A DNA stretch of 64,000 nucleotides from Escherichia virus TH38. The stretch lies in sequence record MT446410.1; one strand, 5' to 3'. Shown one piece after another: positions 20,189 to 31,751 of this stretch. The translations under genes were made by a program, and so were the position numbers. The notes beneath the pieces are model-generated. The model searched no databases. It was given only the letters and a program-made list of their open reading frames with translations, and was not told the origin of the DNA. Every line of letters begins with the position of its first letter. Position 1 is the stretch's first letter.

Positions 20189-23100
20189 ATGGCTAACATT
20201 AAACCGTGGGAAGAAGCTTCCAAAGCTCCTGCGTATCTGAATGCCTCTCCGGAGCAACAAGCTCAAATGAGAGAACAATATAAGGCAGCAGGTGGCTCTA
20301 TTCCTGAGGAACAACCAGTAGCACAACCACAACAAGAAGAACGTGGTGCTATAGGTGAGTTTGCTCAAGGTGTGTCAAATGCTCTTCAATCTGGTGGTGC
20401 AAATATTGCAGCTAGTGCTGCTAAAGGTATTGGTGGTTTAGTTGAGATTGGTGAGAATCTAGCTGGAGCACAAACTAGTTATGGTAAGCGTATCCAAGAG
20501 AACTCTCAGAACCTTCTGAAAGAACGTATGGATAAGATTGAGGATGGGATTGGTAAAACTGTCGGTCAGTATGCTGGCGTTGCTGGTGATATCGGTTTGA
20601 CAGTTGCTAACCCATTGGCTGCTGCTGCTATCATCGCAGGTCGTGAGACAGGTCGTGCATATGCAGACCAAACCCCTGAAGAGGGAGAAGATAAGTCTAT
20701 TCTAGATGCAGCCTTAGTTGGTGGTGCTAACTATGCGGCTCAGAGAATCCTTCCAGGTGCTGTCGGTACAGCTGAGTCCACACTTGGACGTATTGGTCAG
20801 AACGTTGCTAGTAACGCAGTGGCTGGTGCTAAAGGTGGTGCTCTTGTGGGTGCTGCTGAAGCTCAGAATAAGCACGGAGATGACACAACCTTTGCCAATG
20901 TATTAGAAGGTGCTATCGAAGAAGGTGCTATGGGTGCTGCATTCGGTGGTGCAGTTGGTGGGGTTCATGGTTTGATTAGCCGTCCGGATTCTGCTGTCTT
21001 CAAGAATACTCCAGAGTATGCGAAGACTGATATTGCTGCTGATGATGAACTAATTCGTAGTGCTAAGAATATTGATGAACTGAAAGAAGCTTACTCTAAA
21101 GCTGAAACTGCTAACGCTGCTTCTGCTCTTAACCTTCTGGATGAGAATGGATTCCGTATTACAGATGCTGTTGCTGTAGATTCTCCTGCTGCTCAGCGTA
21201 TTCTTAATACTGACCAAGTTCGTGCTGAGAAAGCTGCTTCTGTTCAGAAAGAACATTCCAACATTCCGGGCCTTAATCCTTTAGCTTCTCCTGCTAAGAC
21301 TCGTGGTAAAGCATTTGCTGATAATGAGCACAACCAGAAGCAGGCTGTTGCTATGAAGGATGCAATGGCTGACTACACCAAAGACAACACGAAAGCTCTT
21401 ACAGATGTTCTAGATAACCTAGACCGTGAATTAACTTCTCTCCGAGCTTCTGGTGATTTTACTGGTAGTCCGATTGATATTAAGAATCGTACACAAGCTG
21501 ACCGTGATTTCATTGATGCTTACAAGACTTTCTACAATGAAGCAAATCGATTCAAAGCTCGTGAAGGTGAAGATTTTAATAACTTTGTAGAGAAAGCTAC
21601 TGAACTACAGAAGATGGCTGATAATGTTTCTCCAGAGATGAAGAAAGCTATCGGTGGGTTGAAGAAACTGAAAGGTATGCCTGAAGGTTTTAATCCTATT
21701 CAAGATGCTTACACTCTGAACAATACAGCTAAATTCATGAGCAACCAAGATCGTGGTTGGACTTCCTTGACTGATGATGGATTCCGTGAGGCTTCTTCTC
21801 CTAGTCTGGTGATGAACACTCTCGGTGCTGCTAAATATGCTCTGAATCGCTTCTCTTCTCAGCGTGCCCGTTCTCAACGTGTTAAGCAACAAGAGTCTAA
21901 TAGTGAAGCTATCCGCTCTCTGGCTCGTGGTGATTTGGAAGTTGCTCGTGCTAAATCTACTGCTGATGAAGCTCGTGCTAAGATGGAAGAAGAACCAGTT
22001 GTTGATGACATTAAATTTAAGACGCAAAATGACGTGGAAACCGAACCGGTTCGGGAGCCTTCTTCTAGTACTGTGACGGAAGAAAATCTTCCTTCTTCTA
22101 CTCCTCAAGAAACCCCTCTCACAGCTCGTGATTTAGTTGCGCAAAGACGCGCTATCCGTCAGGCTGAACAGCGTCGCGCTGAAGAAGAGGCAGCAGCAGC
22201 TCAAGAAGCTCCGGTCGAACAAGCTCCACAGGCTGAACCTCTCCCTGCTCGTAACCCTCTAGAGGAGCGTCGTGCAATGGAACAGCAACGTGCTCAAGAA
22301 GAGGCCGCACAGGCTCCAGAACCAACCGTAGAGGAACCAACAGTCAAAGCTGAGCCATTACCTGCTCGTGCTCCTAAAGCTCCTAAGGAAGCTGTACAGG
22401 ACGTTAAACCGGCAAGTGGTGTAGAACGTTTAGCTGCTATGTCTAGTGCTGCTCGTCAGGCTACTAAAGATCGTGCAGAACGCTTTGCTCGTTCTCTGTA
22501 CTCTAAGGCTGCTAAAGCTAAAGCTACTGCTGAAAACTTCTTGGCTTATAAAGGCGATCCTAAGGAACTGATGCGTCGTATTCGTCAGGAAGATAATGCT
22601 ATCAACACTGAACGTCATGAAGAAATGGCTCGTAACCAGCTGGCCTCTCAGCAAGGTATTGCTACTGCTAAGAACAACACTGTACGAACTAATTTTGCTG
22701 AATGGGTTAAAGAACGTGGTCTGCCAGAAGACATTGCTACTAAGGCATTACGTGCTGAAGAGAAAGGTTTAGGTGGGAACGTAACTAACTTGGATAGTCT
22801 GAAACGTCGTGCTGAAAGGTTGTATCAGAAGCAGCGTGAGGATGAGTTTGATAGACTGTACCAACAAGCTCTAGAAGAGAACAAAGCTTTCGATAAGAAA
22901 GATGCTCCTAAACTGGTTGATCAGAAGAAAGAGCTTCAGTCTGAGATTGATGCTTTGATTGATTCAGAACCTTTACGTCCTGCTCAGAAAGATGCTATGC
23001 GTAAGCTGATGAATGACTTTGTAGATGGGAAGTTTAAATCTTCAGAGAAGGCTGGTAGGGAAGAGGCTTTGGAAGTTGGTCAGATGAAGGATATTTGGGA

Positions 23101-24610
23101 TGGGTTTATTAACACCTACAACAGAGAAGTGAATGCCTTCAACAAAGCTAACAAGAACTCTCAGTACGAAGCTGCTGCTAAGCACTTACAGGCTCGTGAA
23201 GAACGTCTTGCTACTCTGAAAAACAAAGCTCAGGCTCGTTCAGATGCTAAGGCTGCTGTTGAGAATGAACGTAAAACTCTAGAGGCTATTGCAGCTCAGA
23301 AGAGTGAGATTGAGAAGATGATGGAAGGTTTACCTAAACCTGTTCGTGAGGCTCAGGAATCTCGTACATTGAAACAGTTGGCTGCTCACCATGACAAGAA
23401 CTCTCCAGTTCCTCCAGAGAAGTTCCGTAGTTACATTGAACGTATCCACAACGCCGAGTCAGATTACCTTGATCGTCAGCGTCGTTTAACTGATGCAGAG
23501 GAAGATGCTCGTCAGGCCAAGTGGAACAAGATGTATGAGCAAGCGGAAGAAATGAACCGTAAGTTTGATGTGGACAAGAGAGTTAAGCGCAGTGAAGAGC
23601 TTAAAGCGGCCCAAGAGCGTGAGAATGACCTTATGGCAGTACAACGTCAACGTGATGACATTCATCGCCGCCTGATGCGTACTATGGAAGATAAGGGCAT
23701 ATCTAGAGAGGATGCTGAAGCATTTGCTGGTTCCTATATGGATAACCGTTATGCACTTCTTGAGAAGCCTATGACTCCTACTGAACATCAGAATGCTCGT
23801 TCTCGTATCGAAGCTGATGTTGAGAAGTTTGCTAAGAAGTATGAATCAATGACCCCTATCGAGAAAGAGATTGTTAAGGTTACTGGAGATACTGAAGGTA
23901 AGCTTGATAACTTGGATGCGGATACCAGGAAGGCTATTGAGGAGGCTCAGAAGGTTGACTCTGATATTAAGAAACTGCAAGAGGAAGAGTTGGAGATGGA
24001 GAAGATTCGTTCTGCTCTGCCTGATGATGAAAGATCTCAAGCAAATTCTGATATCTTGGAAAGCATTAAACAACAGGAAGAGGTCTTTGCTGATAAAGTA
24101 GAGAAAGCTTTCTTGAGTGGGAAAAGCTTGGATGAGTTGGTTAGTGTGGCTGAAGTTTTAGACAGGGTTCATGGTGCAGATAAGGCTGGTAACAACCGTC
24201 GCTTTGTACGTGCATTGCAGACTGCTGCTGAAAACAAGAAGAAGTATGGTGATAATCCAGTAGCTTGGTTTAGTGCTGATGATTACTCTGCCATTGCTAA
24301 ACTTGGTGCTTCTTCCGCAGGTGGTAACAAATCCAGAGCACTGGAGAAAATCTTTGGTTCTACAGCTGAACAGGCTAAGAGTAAGTTGCTTGGTAGGGAT
24401 GATGTAGCGAAGATGAGACGTGTAATTGAAGAGAACCCTGATATTAAGATTCCTTCTTACAAGACAACCAATCGTACTGAGTACTTGCAGTTCTTGGAGA
24501 AGTTTAATGACGAAGGGAAGCCGAAGATTAAACGTGGCTCATTGTCAGAGAAGCTTGAACGCAGTAAGCGTCAATCGAGACTCCGTGTAAGAGTTCGACC
24601 TAAGGAGTGA
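20189..24610 (+). CDS. giant internal virion / ejection-type protein
   Basis: Start moved to ATG 20189 with RBS aaaggag; ~1473 aa, E/K/A/R-rich coiled coil with short repeats (AEPLPAR x2); last gene of + block. Confidence 0.55.
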   Translation: MANIKPWEEASKAPAYLNASPEQQAQMREQYKAAGGSIPEEQPVAQPQQEERGAIGEFAQGVSNALQSGGANIAASAAKGIGGLVEIGENLAGAQTSYGKRIQENSQNLLKERMDKIEDGIGKTVGQYAGVAGDIGLTVANPLAAAAIIAGRETGRAYADQTPEEGEDKSILDAALVGGANYAAQRILPGAVGTAESTLGRIGQNVASNAVAGAKGGALVGAAEAQNKHGDDTTFANVLEGAIEEGAMGAAFGGAVGGVHGLISRPDSAVFKNTPEYAKTDIAADDELIRSAKNIDELKEAYSKAETANAASALNLLDENGFRITDAVAVDSPAAQRILNTDQVRAEKAASVQKEHSNIPGLNPLASPAKTRGKAFADNEHNQKQAVAMKDAMADYTKDNTKALTDVLDNLDRELTSLRASGDFTGSPIDIKNRTQADRDFIDAYKTFYNEANRFKAREGEDFNNFVEKATELQKMADNVSPEMKKAIGGLKKLKGMPEGFNPIQDAYTLNNTAKFMSNQDRGWTSLTDDGFREASSPSLVMNTLGAAKYALNRFSSQRARSQRVKQQESNSEAIRSLARGDLEVARAKSTADEARAKMEEEPVVDDIKFKTQNDVETEPVREPSSSTVTEENLPSSTPQETPLTARDLVAQRRAIRQAEQRRAEEEAAAAQEAPVEQAPQAEPLPARNPLEERRAMEQQRAQEEAAQAPEPTVEEPTVKAEPLPARAPKAPKEAVQDVKPASGVERLAAMSSAARQATKDRAERFARSLYSKAAKAKATAENFLAYKGDPKELMRRIRQEDNAINTERHEEMARNQLASQQGIATAKNNTVRTNFAEWVKERGLPEDIATKALRAEEKGLGGNVTNLDSLKRRAERLYQKQREDEFDRLYQQALEENKAFDKKDAPKLVDQKKELQSEIDALIDSEPLRPAQKDAMRKLMNDFVDGKFKSSEKAGREEALEVGQMKDIWDGFINTYNREVNAFNKANKNSQYEAAAKHLQAREERLATLKNKAQARSDAKAAVENERKTLEAIAAQKSEIEKMMEGLPKPVREAQESRTLKQLAAHHDKNSPVPPEKFRSYIERIHNAESDYLDRQRRLTDAEEDARQAKWNKMYEQAEEMNRKFDVDKRVKRSEELKAAQERENDLMAVQRQRDDIHRRLMRTMEDKGISREDAEAFAGSYMDNRYALLEKPMTPTEHQNARSRIEADVEKFAKKYESMTPIEKEIVKVTGDTEGKLDNLDADTRKAIEEAQKVDSDIKKLQEEELEMEKIRSALPDDERSQANSDILESIKQQEEVFADKVEKAFLSGKSLDELVSVAEVLDRVHGADKAGNNRRFVRALQTAAENKKKYGDNPVAWFSADDYSAIAKLGASSAGGNKSRALEKIFGSTAEQAKSKLLGRDDVAKMRRVIEENPDIKIPSYKTTNRTEYLQFLEKFNDEGKPKIKRGSLSEKLERSKRQSRLRVRVRPKE

Positions 24611-24617
24611 TAAAAGA

Positions 24618-24649
24618 AAAGCCCTCAAGGAGAAATCCAAGAGGGCTTT
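24618..24649. terminator. bidirectional terminator at convergent junction
   Basis: Stem AAAGCCCTC/GAGGGCTTT with 14-nt loop, T/A-rich on both flanks; between last + gene and first - gene. Confidence 0.55.
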
Positions 24650-24975
24650 ATTTGTTTCTAAGTTTTAAAAACCATCAAATTCGTCATACATCCCAATTCT
24701 CTTCAGAAGTCTGGATGTTCATCTTCAAAGCATCCTGAGATGCCTCCGTAGAACCAATCTGATTTACTTCCAAGAATAACAACTTCTTCATTCATATAAC
24801 TCCCCCTAGATTGTGTTTATAAAATTAGTAAGTTTCTCTTCACTTTCATCAAAAGCTTTTCCAGCTGCTTCCATCTCCCAAGTATCGGCATTGTCAATAA
24901 AGCTCTGAGCTTCTAGTAGGTCATGGATTAAGTCGAAGAGTTTATTTTTATCTGCTTGTGTGATCATGTCAGTTC

Positions 24976-25203
24976 CTAGATTAAATCATAATACTGAATA
25001 ATGTCAGAGAGTTTGAATTCTCGAATCTCATCTTTCTCTACATCTATTGCTGTCATAATCCAACAAGGTTTGCCACCGTTATGAAAACGGGAGCTAGCAA
25101 CGGAGGTTCGGAGTGGAATAACGGACCGGTCAGAAACCTCGCCTCTCCAATTGCGATAGCGAAAGCGAAGCACTTGTTGCGTAGATTTTTGATCATCACT
25201 CAT
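24976..25203 (-). CDS. hypothetical protein
   Basis: Start taken at internal ATG (MSDDQ...) overlapping upstream stop; 75 aa. Confidence 0.4.
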   Translation of the reverse strand: MSDDQKSTQQVLRFRYRNWRGEVSDRSVIPLRTSVASSRFHNGGKPCWIMTAIDVEKDEIREFKLSDIIQYYDLI

Positions 25204-25597
25204 TTCCTTTTTTGAATTGTTTTCTTGCATCATTCTCTTCTTTTGTTTTAATCTTATGACAAGGGTCTTTACACAGAACCTGAAAACCTTCTTTCTCACA
25301 CAGAGCACGAGAGATGATCTCATCCCAAGTTGCTTCGTGGTCAAGAGGAACTATAGGTTCTATGTGGTCAATAGCCATATCCTTTACAGGGTGGTCAGAA
25401 CCACACATGGCACACTTAAAGTGCATTGCCAGTCTACCTGTCTTTGGATTAATCTTCTGCTCTGTCTTGGCGTCTGCTAGTGCATCGAACATGGGCTTCC
25501 ACTTTCTAGTCAGAGAACGAATCCCTGACTTGATGAAAGAGTTGTAACGAGCTTCAGTCCACATTCCACTACAGCGAGTCTTCTCAGACTTCGCCAT
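25196..25597 (-). CDS. HNH endonuclease
   Basis: CAMCGSDHPVKDMAIDHIEP...CHKIK zinc/HNH motif. Confidence 0.75.
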   Translation of the reverse strand: MAKSEKTRCSGMWTEARYNSFIKSGIRSLTRKWKPMFDALADAKTEQKINPKTGRLAMHFKCAMCGSDHPVKDMAIDHIEPIVPLDHEATWDEIISRALCEKEGFQVLCKDPCHKIKTKEENDARKQFKKGNE

Positions 25598-25763
25598 AAT
25601 CAGCTTCTTCCCAAACTCGTTTGTTTACACGATGGCTCACCTTACCCTCACGAGGAATACGACCAGTTCTCTGATCAAACAGTTGATGTTTAATCTTTTG
25701 GTCTTTACGAGATTCACGGTTGGAGTAGTTTTCATCATATGAACGATAATCAAATTTACCCAT
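25584..25763 (-). CDS. small hypothetical protein (59 aa)
   Basis: ORF below 60-aa cutoff found by eye; overlaps HNH start by 14 nt. Confidence 0.3.
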   Translation of the reverse strand: MGKFDYRSYDENYSNRESRKDQKIKHQLFDQRTGRIPREGKVSHRVNKRVWEEADYGEV

Positions 25764-25776
25764 TATAATATCCTTA

Positions 25777-26619
25777 TTACCAAGATTTATCTAACCATGT
25801 CCAGTCGAACAGGTCTTCAGGAGTCTGACCAACAAAGAGCAGCCGCGCATTCTCAAGCATCTTCTCTTCATCTTCAGTATCGAACTTCTTATAATATTCC
25901 ATTCGTACTATATGATACATGGTCCACTTATCTGTAACACCAGCTAGTAATTTAGCTGCTGCCTTCTTCCCTACTCCTTGACGTCGAAGCTGAAGCTTAC
26001 CACCCCACATGACTTCTTCACGTTCCCCACATCCGGGAATATTATCCGTACCGTCTCCAATCAACATTTGATAGAAGAAGTTTTGCCATGAGACTAAATC
26101 AGATACATAGTGAGGAGGGACTTCTTTCTGCCTTTCTCCACAAGCCCAGCGATAATGCCATCCGGGAGTTATCAACAAATCCTTGTCTCTGGTACAGATG
26201 ATAGTATTCTTATCCCTACGTTGCCTTTCAGCTAGTGCATCATCAGCTTCTCTCCCAAAGACCTCAATGTATTCGTACTTGGCTTTAATGTAATCACCAA
26301 CGTTTTGCCAATGAAAAGGTCTTTCTCCGGGAGGTCTGTTTGCCTTGTAGTCTTGTTGCTTAGCAACATCGAAACGGAAGTTACCACCTTCGCTGAAGTA
26401 GAATACAACCTTACTGCAACCTGAGCGAGATATGATCGTATCAATCTTGTACTGAAGTCGTTCAATCATGAAATTGTAATCAACTGGAACACGTCCTGTG
26501 TCAAGAAAAGGATGCTCCTGAGTAAGAGCACCCACTTCATATCGAAGAACGTCAGCATCCACTAGAGCAACTTCAGGGAGCTTAACTTCTTCCATAAATA
26601 TCATCCCGAGCTTGATCAA
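25777..26619 (-). CDS. 5'-3' exonuclease / flap endonuclease
   Basis: Motifs YKANR, GREADDALA, DKDLLI, IGDGTDNIPG; true start may be internal ATG at 26595. Confidence 0.75.
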   Translation of the reverse strand: MIKLGMIFMEEVKLPEVALVDADVLRYEVGALTQEHPFLDTGRVPVDYNFMIERLQYKIDTIISRSGCSKVVFYFSEGGNFRFDVAKQQDYKANRPPGERPFHWQNVGDYIKAKYEYIEVFGREADDALAERQRRDKNTIICTRDKDLLITPGWHYRWACGERQKEVPPHYVSDLVSWQNFFYQMLIGDGTDNIPGCGEREEVMWGGKLQLRRQGVGKKAAAKLLAGVTDKWTMYHIVRMEYYKKFDTEDEEKMLENARLLFVGQTPEDLFDWTWLDKSW

Positions 26620-27183
26620 TAATCCAATCTAGATCTAACACTGCTGATTCAACAGTTGAGTCATTATACAGTAGATATGTTTTTCTCTGCTCACCTTCAA
26701 TATATGAGCGAGAATCTCCCTCAAAAGAGCAACCATCTCTAAGAACTTGGACAACTTGGACATGGAAATTCTTTTCTAGTTCTCGTACCTCTGCATCAAA
26801 ACCTCCGTCAGTAAACACGACAATATCATCCTGACCTAGCCCTTCTTGTTTGATGCTCTTTACAGCAAGAGTCCCCATATGATTATTGCCAAACATAGGT
26901 TTTAAGAAGTCTTCACTTGTAGAAATCATCAGATCTCTTACAGACTTCCCTCCCCATTCTGATCTAGGTTTTTCTTTCCATTCACGATCTTCATAGCGTG
27001 CTAGAAAGTTTTCTAGAGGTATGCCTAGTGCAGCAGCAGCTACCTTATACATTGGCTCCTTGAAGGATTTGGTTAAATAGCCATGATGGTAAGAGTGTGC
27101 ATTTACCCAAGCACTAGCTATCGTATCTTTACCACAACCCGGAGGTCCATTGAGAATTACTACTAAGGGTTTAGACTCACTAA

Positions 27184-27193
<10 letters not shown>
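26582..27193 (-). CDS. P-loop kinase (dNMP/nucleoside kinase-like)
   Basis: Walker A GPPGCGKDT near N-terminus; size ~200 aa. Confidence 0.55.
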
Positions 27194-28679
<1,486 letters not shown>

Positions 28680-28680
<1 letters not shown>

Positions 28681-28940
28681 TATTTTATTCCACGCTCTTT
28701 CAGAGCTTCTAACAATCCATTGTGATTAGCAGCACATTCTGTGTACTGGTCCTGATACCACTCCAACGTAGTGGCTAGTGCCTTTCCTTGAGCACTCTCT
28801 AAAAGAGGTAGGTCAACCCTACATTCAGCTTTTAGGTTTGTTGGTAAGGGCATTGATTGCCTGCTGTTGTCGCTCATTGAACAAGCTGACATACTCATCA
28901 CTAGCGCAGACATTATAAAAAACTGGTTTAGTTTTCTCAT
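28680..28940 (-). CDS. o-spanin-like lipoprotein
   Basis: Start at internal ATG (MRKLNQFFIMSALVMSMSAC...) with signal peptide and Cys; start lies inside 3' end of the i-spanin-like ORF. Confidence 0.45.
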
Positions 28941-29175
28941 AATGCATCTCTTTATAAACGGTTTCCGTGTTCTTCTTCCAGTTAGATATACCGGTAAGAA
29001 CCCTCTGAGCAACTTCATCAGCTGCCCTACTTCTTTCAATCTCTAACTCTTGCTGGTGCTTCTCTTTGTCCAGATTACTGCTATCTGTTCTGTACTCATT
29101 AAACTTCATACCACCAAAGAATACAAGAGCTGAGAAGATAACAAATCCTAGATTATCACTTAAAGTGCTTTGCAT
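28825..29175 (-). CDS. i-spanin-like protein
   Basis: N-terminal TM (LGFVIFSALVFFGG) plus charged coiled-coil; start set to ATG 29175 after terminator. Confidence 0.45.
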   Translation of the reverse strand: MQSTLSDNLGFVIFSALVFFGGMKFNEYRTDSSNLDKEKHQQELEIERSRAADEVAQRVLTGISNWKKNTETVYKEMHYEKTKPVFYNVCASDEYVSLFNERQQQAINALTNKPKS

Positions 29176-29188
29176 ATTGACTCCAACG

Positions 29189-29211
29189 AAAAAAGCCACC
29201 CGGAGGTGGCT
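29189..29211 (-). terminator. rho-independent terminator (- strand) after SSB gene
   Basis: AGCCACC-TCCG-GGTGGCT followed by TTTTT on - strand. Confidence 0.65.
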
Positions 29212-29232
29212 AAGCTATAACAAGGAGAGTTA

Positions 29233-29979
29233 TTAGAATGGGCTATCGTTGTCGTCTTCGTAAGTAGAAGCAGGCTCTTTATCAATCGTAGGGATTGAAG
29301 GAGTAGCTTCTTTCTGCTCTGTTTCAGAAGCACGAGTAATTTCACGACCAGCCAGAGGCATGTTCTTAGCGTCATTAGCTTGAGTAAGCAGGTTGCGCTG
29401 GAACGGGAACATCAGTTGATAGGATGCTACGTTCTCATCGGTTTCAGCATACGGTTCGAAGAATACCAGAGGACTACGAGCTTCACCAACTGCTGCACGA
29501 TATTTGGTTGGGATTGGAGAAATGGTCTTGATGGAGTTTTTAACTTCACCAGCTTTGTTAGTGTAAGAGTTAACCAGAATGTTAACAGGCTGACCTAACA
29601 GAACATCCTTGAACCAAGACAGATCACCTTTCAGTGCTTGAATACTTGGGTCAATCATCTTGCAAAGATCAAGAATACCAGAGTTCTTAGCTCGTGGGTT
29701 TACATCATAGCTCTTGAACTGGCAAGCCGGACGTGGTTCTAATGCCTTACCATCGGAATCTTTACCAGTAGCATCAACACCAATCAGCTCGAAAGCTAAA
29801 TCCATACGGAAAGCCGGATTCTTAGGAGTTACTGCTTTGGTCTTCGGGTCAATCCAAGGGTCACGATTGTGAACACCCAAACCTACCACACGAACGATAC
29901 GTGCTTCGTATTCACCATCAGGGATTACATCGTAGTTGGATTTACGGGAAGCAGTTGCGATAGTTGGAATCATAGACAT
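29233..29979 (-). CDS. ssDNA-binding protein (T7 gp2.5-like)
   Basis: 248 aa with acidic C-terminal tail ending ...EDDNDSPF (terminal Phe), hallmark of gp2.5-type SSBs. Confidence 0.55.
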   Translation of the reverse strand: MSMIPTIATASRKSNYDVIPDGEYEARIVRVVGLGVHNRDPWIDPKTKAVTPKNPAFRMDLAFELIGVDATGKDSDGKALEPRPACQFKSYDVNPRAKNSGILDLCKMIDPSIQALKGDLSWFKDVLLGQPVNILVNSYTNKAGEVKNSIKTISPIPTKYRAAVGEARSPLVFFEPYAETDENVASYQLMFPFQRNLLTQANDAKNMPLAGREITRASETEQKEATPSIPTIDKEPASTYEDDNDSPF

Positions 29980-30038
29980 ATTTTAATTTCCTTATTTAAT
30001 TTGAAAGATTGTTGCTCTCTTTGAGCGGTTATGTATAG

Positions 30039-30047
30039 TATACATTA
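30039..30047 (-). promoter_or_regulatory. TAATGTATA promoter motif (- strand)
   Basis: Exact motif on - strand upstream of SSB operon. Confidence 0.35.
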
Positions 30048-30110
30048 CGCTTATACCGATAAGAGTACTATATAATATAAGTATCTTTGGTAGTAGATAT
30101 AACACACTAG

Positions 30111-30119
30111 TAATGTATA
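30111..30119 (+). promoter_or_regulatory. TAATGTATA promoter motif (+ strand, divergent)
   Basis: Exact motif on + strand in same intergenic region, pointing away from SSB gene. Confidence 0.35.
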
Positions 30120-30216
30120 TATTGTATAGCTGATAAAGTTATTGCAGGCTTGTATATTGGGCAATTCACAGAATCCCTTGCAAGTACCGAAGGGCAGGAG
30201 CCACCTGCGAGATAAA

Positions 30217-30280
30217 AATAGAGAATTAAGGAATCCTTGATTTAGGTTGTAGGGACTCCTAGGGACTTTGATTCTCTATT
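30217..30280 (+). repeat. 10-bp perfect inverted repeat (AATAGAGAAT / ATTCTCTATT) enclosing two AGGGACT direct repeats
   Basis: Read directly in 415-bp AT-rich intergenic region. Confidence 0.5.
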
Positions 30281-30395
30281 TAAAAGAATATTAATTACTT
30301 ATTACCTAAATAATTAACTAACTTACTTAAACCAAATTCAAGAATAATAGATAAAAAGATTATTCCTAAGAAAGCTAAAAAGTAAAGGATATAAG

Positions 30396-30560
30396 TTACC
30401 ATTCTAGTAAACCTTTAAAGTTAGTTTGTTCTACTATCCTCTGATAACGAAGATTAGAATCAGCTTGTTTCTTTAACATCTCATTATATTGATCTCTGAT
30501 AGAGTCTTTATGTACTACAGGTTCTTTAAATAATGAGATCTTGTTCTTTTCTTCTTTCAT
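30396..30560 (-). CDS. hypothetical protein (54 aa)
   Basis: Internal ATG start after phosphoesterase stop. Confidence 0.35.
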   Translation of the reverse strand: MKEEKNKISLFKEPVVHKDSIRDQYNEMLKKQADSNLRYQRIVEQTNFKGLLEW

Positions 30561-31029
30561 CAAAGACCTTCCTAATCTCTTGCAGAGAAACAGCTTTATA
30601 GTTAATTTGCTCCATTGATGTACAGAAATATCTCCAATCATCAATTACATGGTTATGAGTATGAGCATAAATATTAAACTTCCCTCTCATTTCATCAGTG
30701 TGAATAGGAATATGAGTTACCCAAAACTCTTTATATTTATAATCACCAGAGATTCTACGGAAGACTTTCATCATATCAGGGAGAAGTTCTAACCTGTCAT
30801 GGTTCCCTAAGACTAGATGCTTCTCTCCTTTTACTTCAGCGATGATATCAAGGGCATACTTTTCAAACACCCAATCACCGGTAAAGAAGATTTTGTCTCG
30901 CTTAGTTACATGATCAAATGCAGCTAGAATTGCTTTGTCATGTTCTTCGATGGTTTTAAATTGCTTACGAAAACTACAGATGTTGCGATGACCTAAGTGA
31001 CCATCTCCTGCAAAATAAACTTCAGCCAT
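30526..31029 (-). CDS. metallophosphoesterase (calcineurin-like)
   Basis: GDGHLGH, FTGDWV, LGNHD, HTHNH motifs. Confidence 0.75.
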   Translation of the reverse strand: MAEVYFAGDGHLGHRNICSFRKQFKTIEEHDKAILAAFDHVTKRDKIFFTGDWVFEKYALDIIAEVKGEKHLVLGNHDRLELLPDMMKVFRRISGDYKYKEFWVTHIPIHTDEMRGKFNIYAHTHNHVIDDWRYFCTSMEQINYKAVSLQEIRKVFDERRKEQDLII

Positions 31030-31038
31030 AAAGACCTC

Positions 31039-31254
31039 TTAGATAGTACACCCATCACAAGTTAAGTCACCTAGCAGGGACAGGGAAAGTAATCTGGATT
31101 GCTCATCGCTGTATAGTTGATCAATCTCTTCTTTAAGTTTTGCCAACTCCATAAAGTTAATGAGCTGACCATGTTCGAGGCAGTCTGTTTTTAGTACGAA
31201 CAAAACTTCAGCGTTGGTTGAGTCTTCGCTTGAGTATTTATCGATATATTCCAT
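31039..31254 (-). CDS. hypothetical protein
   Basis: 71-aa acidic ORF in operon. Confidence 0.4.
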   Translation of the reverse strand: MEYIDKYSSEDSTNAEVLFVLKTDCLEHGQLINFMELAKLKEEIDQLYSDEQSRLLSLSLLGDLTCDGCTI

Positions 31255-31270
31255 TTTACACTCCCTATCA

Positions 31271-31414
31271 TTATGACCAAGATTTAGCTTTTACTTCAAC
31301 ATATGTTTTAACTTCACCTTTCAATACTTCCTGAGAGGCATTTGCACTTTCTTCAGAGTGATGTACAACGGTGATCTCTTTCTTTCCAATCTTATAAGTG
31401 TGAATCCAAATCAT
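31271..31414 (-). CDS. small hypothetical protein (47 aa)
   Basis: By-eye ORF with RBS gaggaagagg; ATGA overlap with upstream stop. Confidence 0.3.
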   Translation of the reverse strand: MIWIHTYKIGKKEITVVHHSEESANASQEVLKGEVKTYVEVKAKSWS

Positions 31415-31578
31415 ACCTCTTCCTCATATTCCCAATTTCTTTCATAATACCCAGAGTTGTAGTTTAGGGCGCACTTCTCGGCCTCTTCTATGTCGTCAGT
31501 GTTTAGGATATTTACCCATCCTCCAACTTCATCAAAACCTTCTTCTACTTCGTTAAACCATACACTATACTTTTTCAT
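31411..31578 (-). CDS. hypothetical protein (55 aa)
   Basis: Start at internal ATG (MKKYSVWF...) overlapping upstream stop (ATGA). Confidence 0.35.
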   Translation of the reverse strand: MKKYSVWFNEVEEGFDEVGGWVNILNTDDIEEAEKCALNYNSGYYERNWEYEEEV

Positions 31579-31751
31579 CGAGAAGTTCTTCCCCAATCTT
31601 TTACATAGCATCGACCGTTAACCCACTTTGTCTCTGACTTAAATTCCTGAGACAATCTCACCTCACAGTCTTCTCTACTGGCATCTCCTCCGATATCAAT
31701 CAGATACAGGAATAGAGCTATACCTAAAGCCCAAAGAATTATCTTCTTCAT
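31575..31751 (-). CDS. small membrane/secreted protein (58 aa)
   Basis: By-eye ORF MKKIILWALGIALFLYLIDIGG...; ATGA overlaps at both ends. Confidence 0.35.
   Translation of the reverse strand: MKKIILWALGIALFLYLIDIGGDASREDCEVRLSQEFKSETKWVNGRCYVKDWGRTSR

Noticed and set aside
21605-22340. - strand ORFs (167 aa and 62 aa) inside the giant + strand protein gene
   Set aside because: Antisense to a long biased-composition gene where stop-free antisense frames arise by chance
22190-22380. Internal repeat AEPLPAR in the giant protein as a tandem-repeat feature
   Set aside because: Only two short imperfect copies; composition bias rather than a defined repeat array
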